DNA of 64,000 nucleotides from a virus. Shown one piece after another: positions 63,381 through 64,000 of this stretch. A model generated the notes under the pieces. That model ran no database searches and was not told the origin of the DNA. It worked only from the letters and a program-made list of their open reading frames with translations. How positions within the stretch are numbered: the stretch's first letter is position 1; every line of letters begins with the position of its first letter. The stretch is taken from IMG/VR virus record IMGVR_UViG_3300019890_000003, positions 13,682 to 77,681 of that record; one strand, written 5' to 3'. The position numbers and the translations under genes were made by a program.

Positions 63381-64000
63381 TTACTGATATTGCATCGATA
63401 CGATCGTCAACGCCTCGGGACGGATTGGCCATCCAGAAGAAATGCGCCATTCAGAAAGCGTATCGACAGCGCCACCGGCGAGAGGTGCGGTGATCTCACG
63501 CGGAGCGGCCATATCGCAATACTGGAGATTGCAAGCGTCAATCCCGGGTGCGAGTTTGGCGAACTCGTTGGTGTTGATCGCCATGCCCTGCGGTTTGGTA
63601 ACCTCCGGCATGGTGATGATCACGGCGTCGTTGCCGCCAGCGCCTTGGCCGATAAGCGTGTCGTCGTAGACCCAGAAGACCTCGTCGTCGTTATCTTCCA
63701 GGACATTTTTGACAACGCCCGCCGTCGATGACGTGCCAGCGCCAACCCTTTGGAACTGGACAAGCTGGACGACATTATACTCGAACGCCACGCCGATCCT
63801 CTGCGGCATTAGAATGACGAACTTCTTGCCGATCCCTAGTTGATTGGTGCGGCTCTTAATCGCACTAATCTGGGATAGCAGGAAGAATGCCATCTGGCCG
63901 TTGTCATAGGTGACAACGGTCGTGTCGCCATTGGTGTCCGCCGGAAGGTTGACCGAAGAAGCGCCGTTGGCATTCAACATCCCTTCGCCGTTCGCCGGGT
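63381..64000 (-). CDS. Major capsid protein (C-terminal part)
   Basis: GEGMLNA...SSGWPIRPEA ending; upstream of adaptor/neck genes; followed by a terminator. Confidence 0.75.
   Translation of the reverse strand, partial: PANGEGMLNANGASSVNLPADTNGDTTVVTYDNGQMAFFLLSQISAIKSRTNQLGIGKKFVILMPQRIGVAFEYNVVQLVQFQRVGAGTSSTAGVVKNVLEDNDDEVFWVYDDTLIGQGAGGNDAVIITMPEVTKPQGMAINTNEFAKLAPGIDACNLQYCDMAAPREITAPLAGGAVDTLSEWRISSGWPIRPEALTIVSMQYQ

Overview
The whole window looks like one temperate contractile-tailed phage, probably of an alphaproteobacterium (Hyphomicrobiales-like cro, integrase and small-gene types). No host genes are visible and the candidate attP is intact, so this is probably the free, circularly permuted form; terminase and portal lie outside the window. 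Layout: (1) 1-12.7 kb, minus strand: an unusual accessory operon. It encodes a >1214-aa protein missing from the ORF track (Gly-rich domain plus ~21 F-x4-YRD repeats), a short protein with the same repeats, a LamG-like lectin, small beta-rich proteins, and four signal-peptide proteins (GH54-like, GH16-like, Ig plus beta-helix, Ig-Ig plus beta-sandwich). (2) 12.7-14.5 kb, plus: small early genes separated by a repeated structured-RNA-like element. (3) 14.7-21.7 kb, minus: replication arm with an initiator carrying internal iterons. (4) cro/repressor switch near 21.7 kb. (5) 22.7-34.8 kb, plus: two ParB-like genes, YqaJ exonuclease, RecT, xis, int, attP and an Int-N/GIY-YIG chimera. (6) 35-64 kb, minus: capsid, neck, sheath, tube, two paralogous tape measures, baseplate, fibres, lysis genes, GT2 and a papain-like peptidase. 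The best candidate new system is a set of eight fibre/accessory proteins that all have Sec-type signal peptides and even cysteine counts, five sharing an N-terminal Cys loop, encoded with a non-secreted repeat scaffold. This suggests periplasm-folded adhesin/glycanase modules added to the virion at lysis. All family calls are from motif recognition by eye; no searches were run.
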